Below the pieces are notes generated by a model. It was not told where the DNA came from. It saw only the letters and a program-made list of their open reading frames with translations, and ran no database searches. Of a stretch of DNA of 64,000 nt, positions 36,193 through 44,901 are shown piece by piece. The translations under genes were made by a program, and so were the position numbers. The stretch is from an uncultured Candidatus Poseidoniales archaeon (GTDB lineage Archaea > Thermoplasmatota > Poseidoniia > Poseidoniales > Poseidoniaceae), in the NCBI GenBank assembly GCA_902563095.1, contig CACEWA010000006.1:6713-70712 (forward strand). Direction: 5' to 3'. Each line of letters starts with the position of its first letter. The first letter of the stretch is position 1.

Positions 36193-37531
36193 CACTGCGT
36201 GCTAATATAACAGCCTCATCTACGATCTCACCTGAAACCCCAATGTGGTTTGCAGGGTCGAACATTGCCTCGAGTTCTTCTGCACTAAATGCTGCTGCAA
36301 TCGCAGGTGTTCGAGCACAAATGTCAATCAATTCTTCTCCTTTATCGATTGCTTCAAATGATGCAGATCTAAGAATCTCGTGTGCTTCATCACGTCCGAT
36401 TCCATGACTGACAAGTTCAATCATTACTTTCTCAGCCATGACCAATCCTTTCTGGCTAGCAATATTTGCCAGCATTCTATCGCTGTCAACCCAGAGATTA
36501 GTTAGAACATTAGCAGTCTTTGAAATCACATCCTCGCATAGAGCTGAAGCGTGGGAGAGCGTGAACCTTTCACTACTTGAGTTTGCCAAATCCCTTTCGT
36601 GCCATAACAAGGCGTTTTCATATGTTGGAATAATGAATGCACGGACAATTCGAGCCAAGCCAGAAGCGTTTTCTGACTTGATAGGATTTTTCTTGTGAGC
36701 CATTGTCGAAGAGCCGACTTGTTTCTTCACATCAAATCCTTCTCCTGCCTCTGCAATTTCAGAACGCTGCAAATTGCGAATTTCTTGGAGGATTTTTTCG
36801 CAAGTACATGCTACATTAGAAAGCCAAGAAATATATTCAATGTACCTGTCTCTACCGACAACTTGTGTTGTAGCCAGTGGAACTTCAAGCCCTAAATGAG
36901 TTAATATCAACCTTTGAAGTTCTCTAGCACCTTCGCCTTGGGCCGCACCTGTTCCAACAGCTCCAAGGAATTTACCAACTGCTATGCGTGGTGTCGCTTC
37001 ATCCAATCGAACTAACTGTCTACGCATTTCGTCAAGCCAAACTGCAACTTTCAAACCGAAAGTGATTGGGACTGCTGCTTGACCATGAGTCCTTCCAAGC
37101 ATAACTGTGTCTCTCTCTCTTTCAGCTAAATTTGCTGTTACAGATATCAAATTACACAGTTGCTTACGTAATAGAATAATGGAATCTCTCAATTGTAAGC
37201 CTACAGCTGTATCAACAATATCATTTGATGTTGCTCCTAAATGAATACACCAACCGGCTTCACCAGCAGCCTCAGCCATTGCCTTAGTCAAAGCCATAAT
37301 ATCGTGTCGAGTCTCAGCCTCGATCTCAGATACCCTTTCTTTAGTAACTACAGAAGGTACTGCAATCTCTGCAACCTTAGCGTAGTCCTCAGCGGAAACC
37401 TTGCCCATTTCTTTGTGAGCCCATACCAATGCTCTTTCAACTTCCAATTGACGTTGGTGTCTACCTAATTCGGACCAAATCTCCTTGAATTCTTGACAGC
37501 CATATCGATAGTCGAGAGGACAGAACGCCAT
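36182..37531 (-). CDS. purB: Adenylosuccinate lyase
   Basis: It has the fumarate-lyase signature GSSTMAHKKNP. The N-terminus MAFCPLDYRYG is typical of PurB. I placed the start at the ATG at 37531 rather than the ORF-maximal 37627. Confidence 0.9.
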   Translation of the reverse strand: MAFCPLDYRYGCQEFKEIWSELGRHQRQLEVERALVWAHKEMGKVSAEDYAKVAEIAVPSVVTKERVSEIEAETRHDIMALTKAMAEAAGEAGWCIHLGATSNDIVDTAVGLQLRDSIILLRKQLCNLISVTANLAERERDTVMLGRTHGQAAVPITFGLKVAVWLDEMRRQLVRLDEATPRIAVGKFLGAVGTGAAQGEGARELQRLILTHLGLEVPLATTQVVGRDRYIEYISWLSNVACTCEKILQEIRNLQRSEIAEAGEGFDVKKQVGSSTMAHKKNPIKSENASGLARIVRAFIIPTYENALLWHERDLANSSSERFTLSHASALCEDVISKTANVLTNLWVDSDRMLANIASQKGLVMAEKVMIELVSHGIGRDEAHEILRSASFEAIDKGEELIDICARTPAIAAAFSAEELEAMFDPANHIGVSGEIVDEAVILARSAIQ

Positions 37532-37595
37532 GTTTACCCGCTTAGAGGAGAGGACATGAATATTCCGAGTGGGGAAATATTGCATTTTTGACAAT

Positions 37596-38243
37596 TTAAT
37601 TGAATGAAAGATGGCCTCTAACGCCATCCCAGTGCTTCTCGAAATCTAATTTTAATTCGCCAGACATATGAGGTCCGGCTATTACCAATGTTTCATATTC
37701 TCCACCTTCACCATCGATATTAAATCTATATTTCGTAGCATTCAGAGTTAGTTTTTGCAAAGATTCTTCGTTCAAAACGCACCCTAGCCATTCACCACCA
37801 AGCCCTTCAGTTGAAACGCCAGTAATCATAACCTTGAAACCATTAGCCACAAGATTTGACATATGTGACTCACTTGATTGATGCCACAATGGAGTGAAGG
37901 ACTTGATATTCAATTCTTCAGCCATTCTTTCCAAACGTGTTTTTTGATAATCTGAGCGTAACGCTCCGGAAACAATCCCATCGATATCCAATTCGGAAAG
38001 AGCAAACTTGAGATCTTCAACTTCCTTTTCTGCTTCACCCTGAGTCTTGACAGGTAACCATTCGCAACCACATAGTTCTGCTTGAAATTTAACAAGTTTT
38101 GTACCTGGTATTTGAAACATCCAAGAGTCTTCCCCTTCGACAATCATTGTCACCAAGTGAGTAACTTCCCATCCCTTGCATTGGGCCCACCAAATTGCGG
38201 CACTACTATCCTTGCCGCCACTAGAGAGAACTGCTACCTTCAC
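37596..38243 (-). CDS. dph6: PP-loop ATPase of the MJ0570/Dph6 family (diphthine-ammonia ligase)
   Basis: It has the PP-loop VAVLSSGGKDS, plus SGALRSDYQKTRLE and GEGGEYETLV. I infer a GTG start at 38243 (VKVAVLSSGGKDS). The ATG at 38336 would add 31 aa and overlap psmA. Confidence 0.75.
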   Translation of the reverse strand: MKVAVLSSGGKDSSAAIWWAQCKGWEVTHLVTMIVEGEDSWMFQIPGTKLVKFQAELCGCEWLPVKTQGEAEKEVEDLKFALSELDIDGIVSGALRSDYQKTRLERMAEELNIKSFTPLWHQSSESHMSNLVANGFKVMITGVSTEGLGGEWLGCVLNEESLQKLTLNATKYRFNIDGEGGEYETLVIAGPHMSGELKLDFEKHWDGVRGHLSFN

Positions 38244-38294
38244 ATGTGTCGCATCCCGCCAAGGTTGATAAGACCCCGACCCGGACACCCACCA

Positions 38295-38300
38295 GAGGTG
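38295..38300 (+). promoter_or_regulatory. Shine-Dalgarno-like GAGGTG upstream of the psmA TTG start
   Basis: GAGGTG is followed by a 6-nt spacer and then the TTG at 38307. Translation from there gives MQPSGRGYDHGITTFSPDGRLFQVEYA, matching the canonical archaeal proteasome-alpha N-terminus. Confidence 0.5.
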
Positions 38301-38306
38301 GACACT

Positions 38307-39029
38307 TTGCAGCCGAGCGGAAGAGGATATGACCATGGTATTACCACATTCAGCCCAGACGGAAGATTGTTTCAGGTAGAATACGCTAGAGAAAGCGTGA
38401 AGAGAGGAACTACAACCGCTGGACTGAAATTCAGAGATGGGGTAGTTTTAGTGTGTGACAAGAGAATTGCTAGTCGCCTAATAATCCCTGAATCAATTGA
38501 AAAGATGTTCAAGATTGATGGTCACGTTGGTATTGCTACCAGTGGACTTGTTGCCGATGCACGCCAACTAGTTGCTCGTGCTCGTGTTGAAGCTCAGATA
38601 AACAGAATCACATATGCGGCTACAGTTCCTGTCGATATACTAACAAAGAAAATTTGTGATTTCAAACAATCATTCACCCAGTACGGAGGTTCTAGACCAT
38701 TTGGAACTGCTCTACTAATCGGAGGAGTTGACGATAATGGAATTCATCTATTCGAAACAGACCCATCTGGAGCATACCAGTCTTACCACGCTGGCGCAAT
38801 CGGCAGTGGAAGAAACACTGTTATCGACTACTTTGAGAAGAATTGGAAGGAGAACTTGACTCTTAACGCTGCTATGAAACTCGGTCTAGAAGCTCTAAGG
38901 AATGCTAACGACCAAGAGTTGAATCGTGATGCTGTAGAAGTCTCAGTGATCGATTCAGAAGGTTACAGAATTCTCGACAGAGATGAAGTAAACAAGCAAA
39001 TTGACCGTCTCAAGCCTCTTGAGGAGTGA
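38307..39029 (+). CDS. psmA: Proteasome alpha subunit
   Basis: Strings YDHGITTFSPDGRLFQVEYA, GIATSGLVADAR and SRPFGTALLIGG. The TTG start is inferred from N-terminal conservation plus the SD. The ORF-maximal start at 38082 runs antisense through dph6. Confidence 0.9.
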   Translation: MQPSGRGYDHGITTFSPDGRLFQVEYARESVKRGTTTAGLKFRDGVVLVCDKRIASRLIIPESIEKMFKIDGHVGIATSGLVADARQLVARARVEAQINRITYAATVPVDILTKKICDFKQSFTQYGGSRPFGTALLIGGVDDNGIHLFETDPSGAYQSYHAGAIGSGRNTVIDYFEKNWKENLTLNAAMKLGLEALRNANDQELNRDAVEVSVIDSEGYRILDRDEVNKQIDRLKPLEE

Positions 39030-39037
39030 AACCGATT

Positions 39038-39724
39038 ATGGTTAGCCTAGACTCTGCAGTCTTGGCTCGCTGGGAATATGGTGGAAAGCGGTACGAGATT
39101 CTCGTAGACCCCGACCTTGTCGATGCATTTCGGCAAAATCCATCAAGCGTAAATATGGATGATTTTCTTGCTACTGATGAAGTTTGGCATGATGCAAGAG
39201 GCGGAGATCGACCTACTGAAGAGGCAATTGAGTCAACGTTTGGCACACAAGAAATCGATGAGATTGCAGCAATAATTCTCGAAAAAGGAAATATCCAGTT
39301 GACAACAAATCAAAGGAAAGAAATGGTTGAGCAAAAACGCCAATTGATTATTCAAGAAATTCACTCGACTGCTATTGACCCTAAAGCAAAATCACCTCAT
39401 CCCAAAACTAGGATCGAATTAGCTTTGGAGGAAAGTCGATTTTCTGTGGACCCTTTCAAACGTCTAGATGTTCAGGTTAAAGATGCGATTAATACGCTTA
39501 AATCTTTGATTCCATTATCATTTGAACCGGTTAGAATCGCATTCCGAATTTCTGGTTCTGGTTATGGCAAAACAAGTAAATTTTTACGGCCTTATCTAGA
39601 CAAAGATGAATGGCTTTCTAATGGAGATTGGGCGTGTATTATACAATGCCCCCCCGGTATGGCAGGAAATCTGATTGGAAAGGTAAAAAGCGTTGACAGC
39701 GACTCTGAAGTCAAAGAATTGTGA
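39038..39724 (+). CDS. SBDS-family ribosome maturation protein
   Basis: It starts MVSLDSAVLARWEYGGKRYEILVDPD, typical of archaeal SBDS/Sdo1. About 228 aa. Its position between psmA and rrp4 matches the known archaeal superoperon. Confidence 0.85.
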   Translation: MVSLDSAVLARWEYGGKRYEILVDPDLVDAFRQNPSSVNMDDFLATDEVWHDARGGDRPTEEAIESTFGTQEIDEIAAIILEKGNIQLTTNQRKEMVEQKRQLIIQEIHSTAIDPKAKSPHPKTRIELALEESRFSVDPFKRLDVQVKDAINTLKSLIPLSFEPVRIAFRISGSGYGKTSKFLRPYLDKDEWLSNGDWACIIQCPPGMAGNLIGKVKSVDSDSEVKEL

Positions 39725-39786
39725 CTTGTGAGTCAAGCGTCTGCTTTATCATGGGTTGGCGGGTCGCCCGACACGGAGACAAAGAG

Positions 39787-40473
39787 ATGTCAGGAGCGAA
39801 AGAAGGCGCCGAGCTGCGCCTCGTGACTCCTGGAGAGGCCATCGGGGCTTCATCAGGAGTGCGAGCAGGAACAGGTACCCTAATCATGGGGGACAACATT
39901 ATCGCAACCAAAGTCGGTTGGGTAAATAACAAAAATGGAGTCACTTCAGTAGACCCAATTCATTCAGCATACATGCCTAGGTCTGGCGACCTAGTGATCG
40001 GCATAATCGAGAGTGTTAGAAACAATCTATGGTTTGCCGACGTAAATGGTCCATTCAATGGATTGTTACCAATGTCATTGGCACCGTGGAAAGTTGAATT
40101 CGGTGCTGCACGTCAACAGATGGATATTGGCGACATAATGTTAGCTAGAGTCCAAGAAGTGGACGAAGCACACAATATAGTACTGACAATGAAGGGTGTT
40201 GGACTTCGTAGATTGAAAGAAGGCATCATGTCAGAAATTTCAATGAATCATATTTCACGTCTAAGAGGAGATGAAGATTCAACTCTAAGACAATTAAAGG
40301 AAGTCAGTGATTGTAGAATAATCGTTGCTGAAAACGGAAGAGTTTGGGTTGATGGAGACTCAGACGGAATCTCATTCATGCGCACAGTACTCGAACTAGT
40401 GCGCAACGATGGCCACATGGCCACATTCAATGCTTCATTGGAAGCATTAATCGAGGAAAGGAGGAATGCTTGA
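39787..40473 (+). CDS. rrp4: Exosome RNA-binding subunit Rrp4 (N-terminal, S1 and KH domains)
   Basis: Strings LVTPGEAIG, YMPRSGDLVIGIIESV..WFADVNGP (S1), and a KH-like C-terminus (RIIVAENGRVWVDG). I chose the ATG at 39787 with GGAG 8 nt upstream; the ORF opens at the GTG at 39721. Confidence 0.85.
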   Translation: MSGAKEGAELRLVTPGEAIGASSGVRAGTGTLIMGDNIIATKVGWVNNKNGVTSVDPIHSAYMPRSGDLVIGIIESVRNNLWFADVNGPFNGLLPMSLAPWKVEFGAARQQMDIGDIMLARVQEVDEAHNIVLTMKGVGLRRLKEGIMSEISMNHISRLRGDEDSTLRQLKEVSDCRIIVAENGRVWVDGDSDGISFMRTVLELVRNDGHMATFNASLEALIEERRNA

Positions 40474-41210
40474 TGGGCGGATACGGAGATGTACAACTAT
40501 TACGTGATGATGGACTGCGATTAGATGGTCGCAAAGTCGATGAAATGAGAGAAGTTAAAGTTGAAGCTGGAGTTCTTCCGGCTGCAGATGGTTCTGCTTG
40601 GGTAAAGCACGGACTGAATGTAGCAGTTTGTGCAGTATATGGGCCAATGGAAGCCCATCCTCGTAAGATTCAGAGACAAGACAGAGCAGTTATTGACGTT
40701 CGATACAATATGGCGCCGTTTTCAACAAGTGATAGAATTCGACCAGGTTTCAATCGACGTTCAAGAGAGATTAGCAAAGTTACTGCAGAAGCTCTAGAGA
40801 GTGTAGTTCTAGTTGAAAGATATCCTCGCTCTAAGATTCGCGTGGAAATCGAAATCCTTGCTGCTGAAGCAGGAACACGATGTGTAGGAATTACCGCTGC
40901 TGCTGTTGCATTGGCAGATGCTGGAATTCCAATGCGTGATCTAATCGTCGGAGTTGCAAGCGGTAAAATCGAAGACACTGTAGTACTCGACCTTGACAAG
41001 GCTGAAGATAACTACGGTCAAGCTGACCTTCCGATGGGAATTCTACCTACTACTGGTGAAATCGCTTTCCTACAAATGGATGGTGACCTCTCGGTTGAAG
41101 AATACAACACATGTATGGAATACAACTTGAAGGCAGCCAAAGAAATTCACGAATTGATGGTGGACGCTCTCAAGCGCAGATACATCGAAAAGAATGGAGG
41201 TGAGGCCTGA
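40473..41210 (+). CDS. rrp41: Exosome catalytic subunit Rrp41 (RNase PH fold)
   Basis: Strings LRDDGLRLDGRKVDEMREVKVEAGVL, ADGSAWVKHGLN and RPGFNRRSREISK. The start overlaps the rrp4 stop (TGATG), with GGAGG upstream. Confidence 0.9.
   Translation: MGGYGDVQLLRDDGLRLDGRKVDEMREVKVEAGVLPAADGSAWVKHGLNVAVCAVYGPMEAHPRKIQRQDRAVIDVRYNMAPFSTSDRIRPGFNRRSREISKVTAEALESVVLVERYPRSKIRVEIEILAAEAGTRCVGITAAAVALADAGIPMRDLIVGVASGKIEDTVVLDLDKAEDNYGQADLPMGILPTTGEIAFLQMDGDLSVEEYNTCMEYNLKAAKEIHELMVDALKRRYIEKNGGEA
41196..41205 (+). promoter_or_regulatory. Strong Shine-Dalgarno GGAGGTGAGG upstream of rrp42
   Basis: This site lies inside the 3' end of rrp41, 4 nt upstream of the ATG at 41210. GGAGGTGA is complementary to the conserved 16S rRNA 3' end. 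Confidence 0.55.
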
Positions 41211-41992
41211 TGGTTGAACTAGTTCCAAGTTTGTTAAGACAAGAACTGACATCTTTAGCAGAAAAAGATGAGCGTATAGATGGCAGAGGTCGCTGGGAAT
41301 CACGTGATATCGAGTTGGAGACGAACTGTCTATACAATGCAGAAGGTAGCGCTAAAGTCACTTGGGGAGGAACCATCATTTATGCTGGTGTGAAGTTCGA
41401 AATGAGAACTCCATGGCCAGACCGTCCAACTCAAGGTTCCTTGATGTGTGGGGCTGAACTCCGCCCTGTAGCAGGCCGCAAATATGAACCTGGGCCTCCG
41501 TCACCTCAATCCATAGAATTGGGAAGAGTTGTTGACAGAGGAATTAGAGAATCCGGATGTATTGATATGGATGCACTATGTATTATTCCTGGAGAAAAAG
41601 TTCTAGGAATTATGATCGATATTCACGTACTTTCAGACAAGGGCAATATCTTCGATGCATGTGCTCTTGGAGCAATAGCTGCATTGAGAACCGCAATCGT
41701 ACCAGCAGAACGTTTTGACATAGGTGAAGACTATCCTCTTGCAGTCTCAATGACACCTACTATGTGCTCGTTCACTAGAGTTGGTGGAAGATATGTTCTA
41801 GATGCTAATGAAGAGGAAGAATTAGGTGGAGATGAGAGAATTCACATCACTTTAGGAGATGAAGGCCACCTACATTCACTTCAGAAGGGGTTAAAGGGAA
41901 CTTTCACGCCGGCCGAATTCGACGAGATACTCGGGGTCGCTCAGCAGCGCTGTGCCGAACTCGCAGAACTGGTCAACTCCAAGGAGGAATGA
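41210..41992 (+). CDS. rrp42: Exosome subunit Rrp42 (inactive RNase PH fold)
   Basis: Strings ERIDGRGRWESRDIELE and AEGSAKVTWGGTIIYAGVK. 260 aa. The ATG overlaps the rrp41 TGA by 1 nt. Confidence 0.9.
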   Translation: MVELVPSLLRQELTSLAEKDERIDGRGRWESRDIELETNCLYNAEGSAKVTWGGTIIYAGVKFEMRTPWPDRPTQGSLMCGAELRPVAGRKYEPGPPSPQSIELGRVVDRGIRESGCIDMDALCIIPGEKVLGIMIDIHVLSDKGNIFDACALGAIAALRTAIVPAERFDIGEDYPLAVSMTPTMCSFTRVGGRYVLDANEEEELGGDERIHITLGDEGHLHSLQKGLKGTFTPAEFDEILGVAQQRCAELAELVNSKEE

Positions 41993-41994
41993 AC

Positions 41995-42354
41995 ATGGCA
42001 AAGCGAACACAGAAGGCTGGCGCAACCGGTCGTTTTGGTGCAAGATATGGTGTTAGCGTTCGACGTAATGCTGGCATGGCCATGAAGAAGAAATCTGCGA
42101 GGTACACTTGCCCGACATGCCAGTACCGCACAGTTAGGCGCAAGTCGATTGGTATCTGGCACTGTACTAAGTGTGGCTACACATTTGCTGGCGGCGCTTG
42201 GGAACCTTTCACCCGTGCTTCAGATGCAAATAACAGAATCATTCGCCGCAATGCAGACGGTGCAACCACTGCAGACATGGCGTTCATAGCCCAGCAGGCT
42301 GCGATCGAATACGAGCGCGCAATGAACGCTGGTGAACTAGAAGAAGAGGAGTGA
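41995..42354 (+). CDS. rpl37ae: Ribosomal protein L37Ae (eL43) with a short acidic C-terminal tail
   Basis: Strings MAKRTQKAGATGRFGARYG and the zinc ribbon CPTC...CTKCG. GGAGG lies 7 nt upstream of the ATG at 41995. An alternative ATG at 41989 overlaps the rrp42 stop. Confidence 0.9.
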   Translation: MAKRTQKAGATGRFGARYGVSVRRNAGMAMKKKSARYTCPTCQYRTVRRKSIGIWHCTKCGYTFAGGAWEPFTRASDANNRIIRRNADGATTADMAFIAQQAAIEYERAMNAGELEEEE

Positions 42355-42566
42355 GTCCTTTGTGGTCAGTCCGCCTCTCGGTGGATTCTAATCATGCTAA
42401 ATCATTAGCATCTAGTTTGTCAAGTGAAGAAGACGTAACAGTAAACGGTGATAATTTCAGTTTCATACTTGAAGAAAGTCGTGCTAAAGATGCTCGAGCT
42501 ATGTGGAATACTAGAATGAGATCCCTTATCATTGCGAGAAAGGTAATCGAAGTGATGGATTCTTGA
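42351..42566 (+). CDS. Small protein, probable KEOPS subunit Pcc1-like
   Basis: 71 aa. The pattern A-K-S-L-A-S-S-L..E......V.V.G..F.F.... followed by AKDARAMWNTRMRSLIIARKVIEV resembles the Pcc1/CTAG family (..LRA..NS.LRLI..A.EV). It sits between L37Ae and prefoldin-beta. The GTG start overlaps the upstream TGA. Confidence 0.45.
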   Translation: MSPLWSVRLSVDSNHAKSLASSLSSEEDVTVNGDNFSFILEESRAKDARAMWNTRMRSLIIARKVIEVMDS

Positions 42567-42590
42567 ACCCCAAGCATGTGAGGACTAATC

Positions 42591-42899
42591 ATGGAATCAA
42601 CTCAGCAACTACAAATGGTCGTGGCAGAAGTTCAAGGTGCAAGACAGCAGGTTGCTTCATTAAACGCTCAACTTAGAGAATTAGAGGGAACTATTGCGGC
42701 TGTAAAAAATCAGCCAGAGGACATGTCCCTACACCGCCAAATGGGTTCGATATTAGTAGAAGTTGAAGATAGAGACCAGTTAATTTCCGATTTAGAAACA
42801 ACCCTCGAACAGATGAAAGCCGCTGTAGAAACCATGGGTAAGCGAGAAGCTGAACTGGTAGCTACATATGAAAAGCTGAAGCAATCTTTAGAGGGATGA
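42591..42899 (+). CDS. pfdB: Prefoldin beta subunit
   Basis: 102-aa coiled-coil/beta-hairpin/coiled-coil pattern (QLQMVVAEVQ...LHRQMGSILVEVEDRDQLISDLE...). Confidence 0.8.
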   Translation: MESTQQLQMVVAEVQGARQQVASLNAQLRELEGTIAAVKNQPEDMSLHRQMGSILVEVEDRDQLISDLETTLEQMKAAVETMGKREAELVATYEKLKQSLEG

Positions 42900-43867
42900 A
42901 TTTGCAAGATTTAGCCGACTGGATTGAGAAAGCTGCATCGAACGGTGCAGTCCCTGTTCTCACCGGAAGAAACGGTGACATGGACACAATTGGTTCAGCG
43001 ATTGCTTTAGCATCTTCAAACCCTAACCTATTGGCTTGTGGTTTACATATCGGAAAACTAGCAAAGAGGCTATGTCTAGAGCTAGATGCACCATTCAGAA
43101 AATTAGCAAAAGAGCCATCATGGCCGGCAAAAATGGGTGGTATAATCATAGTCGATGCTGCTTCAGAATCTCAAACCGGCGTATCTTTACCCAAAGATGT
43201 GCCAATATGTGTAATTGATCATCATGATACATGTGATTGGGAATTTGGAGAAAATGACCTCGAGTTTAGAGTTAAAGCACGTGCAACTACACAAATTATT
43301 TTTCAGTACCTAAAGAAGAATGCACCTGACGCACTTACTGATGAAGTACGTAAACTCTTACTTGCTGGACTGATAACTGATACTGGTAGATTCAAACATG
43401 CCGACCAAGCATCTCTCAAATGCGCATCTGAAATCCTTGGTGGTGCCGGATTCGAGTATCAAGAATTTATAGAGCACATCCAAACCGAGGAAATTAATTC
43501 TAGTGAACGTGGAGCTATTTTGAAAGCGCTTTCAAGATGCCAGTCTACTGAATGTGGCAAGTGGAATCTAGTTCACACTTACGCCGGAATACATGAAGGG
43601 AAAGTCGCTGGAATATTGATTCAGGCAGGTGCAGAAATTGCACTTGTATCCAGGTATCGAGATGGTGAAACTAGATTGACTGCTAGAGCCACAAGACTTG
43701 CGACGATCAATGGTGTACACTTGGGAGAGATGATGCAAGAACTTTCGCAAACAATCGGTGGGGAAGGTGGCGGCCATGATGGTGCTGCAGGTTGGACTGG
43801 AAAAAGTGATAGAGTGGCTGCAGAGACTGCATTCATCAATTTATTAGCTAAGACTAGGAGGGACTAG
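42896..43867 (+). CDS. DHH/DHHA1-family phosphoesterase (NrnA/RecJ-like, short form)
   Basis: 323 aa. Motif I is NGDMDTIGSA, the DHH motif is VIDHHDT, and other strings are GLITDTGRFKH and DHHA1 GGGHDGAAG. The ATGA start overlaps the prefoldin stop. Confidence 0.8.
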   Translation: MNLQDLADWIEKAASNGAVPVLTGRNGDMDTIGSAIALASSNPNLLACGLHIGKLAKRLCLELDAPFRKLAKEPSWPAKMGGIIIVDAASESQTGVSLPKDVPICVIDHHDTCDWEFGENDLEFRVKARATTQIIFQYLKKNAPDALTDEVRKLLLAGLITDTGRFKHADQASLKCASEILGGAGFEYQEFIEHIQTEEINSSERGAILKALSRCQSTECGKWNLVHTYAGIHEGKVAGILIQAGAEIALVSRYRDGETRLTARATRLATINGVHLGEMMQELSQTIGGEGGGHDGAAGWTGKSDRVAAETAFINLLAKTRRD

Positions 43868-43869
43868 AA

Positions 43870-44901
43870 TTGAATCCAGAAGAAATCATTCATGCTTATG
43901 AAAATGGTGAAAGGGATTTGCAACCATTACTCGAAAAGATGGGTTGGGAGAGTTGGCTTGGAGTTGCAGAACTTGGTATATTCATGGATAGTGACATAGT
44001 CGCATTCTTAGAAGACAAATTGACACCTGCGGAATCCAAAGTGCTTGATTTGGTCAAGAAAAGAGTCGCTGGAGAATTGGATTTGGATTCTATAGAAGAG
44101 GCCCTTAAAGTTGCAAGAAGCCCCGAAACAAGAGATTTGGCCCTAGAGGGAAGATTGCGAATGGAGAGAGGATTGGTTCATTTTGAAAATGGTCAAACCG
44201 AGGATGCTAGAGATGATTTGACATGGGCTGAAACTAGATTAAAATCTGTAGCAAAAGCCAGTAGAGATCACGACGTTTCATTGCTCAACAAAGCAGCATT
44301 CCACCTTTCCATTGAAGAGCCAATGATGGCATTACATGTACATGGTGAAATTTCTAGAAATGCGGGACATGCAAATGAAACGATTGCAATATCTAGAATT
44401 CAAGCTGCTAGAATTCATCTAGCATTTGGGCACATTTTCGATGCTGCAAGATGTGCATTCAATGCACATGCTCACGCAATGATTGCTAAACAAATAGAAT
44501 TAGCAGTTGAATCAGGAGCCATATTTGTTGAGATTTCATCAGGATTCATAAGCGAGGAAGCCGATAAATTTGCAGACCAAGTTGTAGAATCCAAGCCTCT
44601 TTCTGCAGGCGAGTCCGCTCCAATTCTACAAGTACACCCTGATGACATATATGGGGTACTCGGATGGTGCGTAGAGAACACTCATGAAGGATACTCAGGT
44701 GAAGAGAGACCTGACCTTAGAGCGTTAGTTATGCTAGCAAAGCGTCTCAACCGTGCTGAATTATTTGCTGATTTACTTTCATCTCCCCAAGAAGTAGAAG
44801 ATGCCCTTCTTGCTGCTCTTTGTGCATCATTAAGTGAAGGGGAATCTGCCAAAATATGGACTGATAGAGTTACAGAAATAATGACTCTGAAGGATATCTA
44901 A
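43870..44901 (+). CDS. Hypothetical all-helical (TPR-like?) protein
   Basis: 343-aa ORF with a TTG start 2 nt after the DHH gene stop. It is the last gene of the co-directional run. I recognise no family. Confidence 0.5.
   Translation: MNPEEIIHAYENGERDLQPLLEKMGWESWLGVAELGIFMDSDIVAFLEDKLTPAESKVLDLVKKRVAGELDLDSIEEALKVARSPETRDLALEGRLRMERGLVHFENGQTEDARDDLTWAETRLKSVAKASRDHDVSLLNKAAFHLSIEEPMMALHVHGEISRNAGHANETIAISRIQAARIHLAFGHIFDAARCAFNAHAHAMIAKQIELAVESGAIFVEISSGFISEEADKFADQVVESKPLSAGESAPILQVHPDDIYGVLGWCVENTHEGYSGEERPDLRALVMLAKRLNRAELFADLLSSPQEVEDALLAALCASLSEGESAKIWTDRVTEIMTLKDI

Noticed and set aside
37532-37627. 32-codon N-terminal extension of purB overlapping the dph6 3' end
   Set aside because: PurB proteins typically begin right at the (M)..PLDYRYG motif. 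The ATG at 37531 gives exactly that, and the extension has no homology.
38082-38306. N-terminal extension of the proteasome-alpha ORF (the track start at 38082 gives 315 aa)
   Set aside because: The extension runs antisense through dph6 and has no proteasome homology. The canonical N-terminus MQPSGRGYDHGITTFSPDGR begins at the TTG at 38307, which is preceded by a GAGGTG SD.
41989-42354. Possible fusion of L37Ae with an extra domain (121 aa versus a typical length of about 90 aa)
   Set aside because: The extra roughly 30 residues are a low-complexity Ala/Glu-rich tail ending in EEEE. No second domain is evident.
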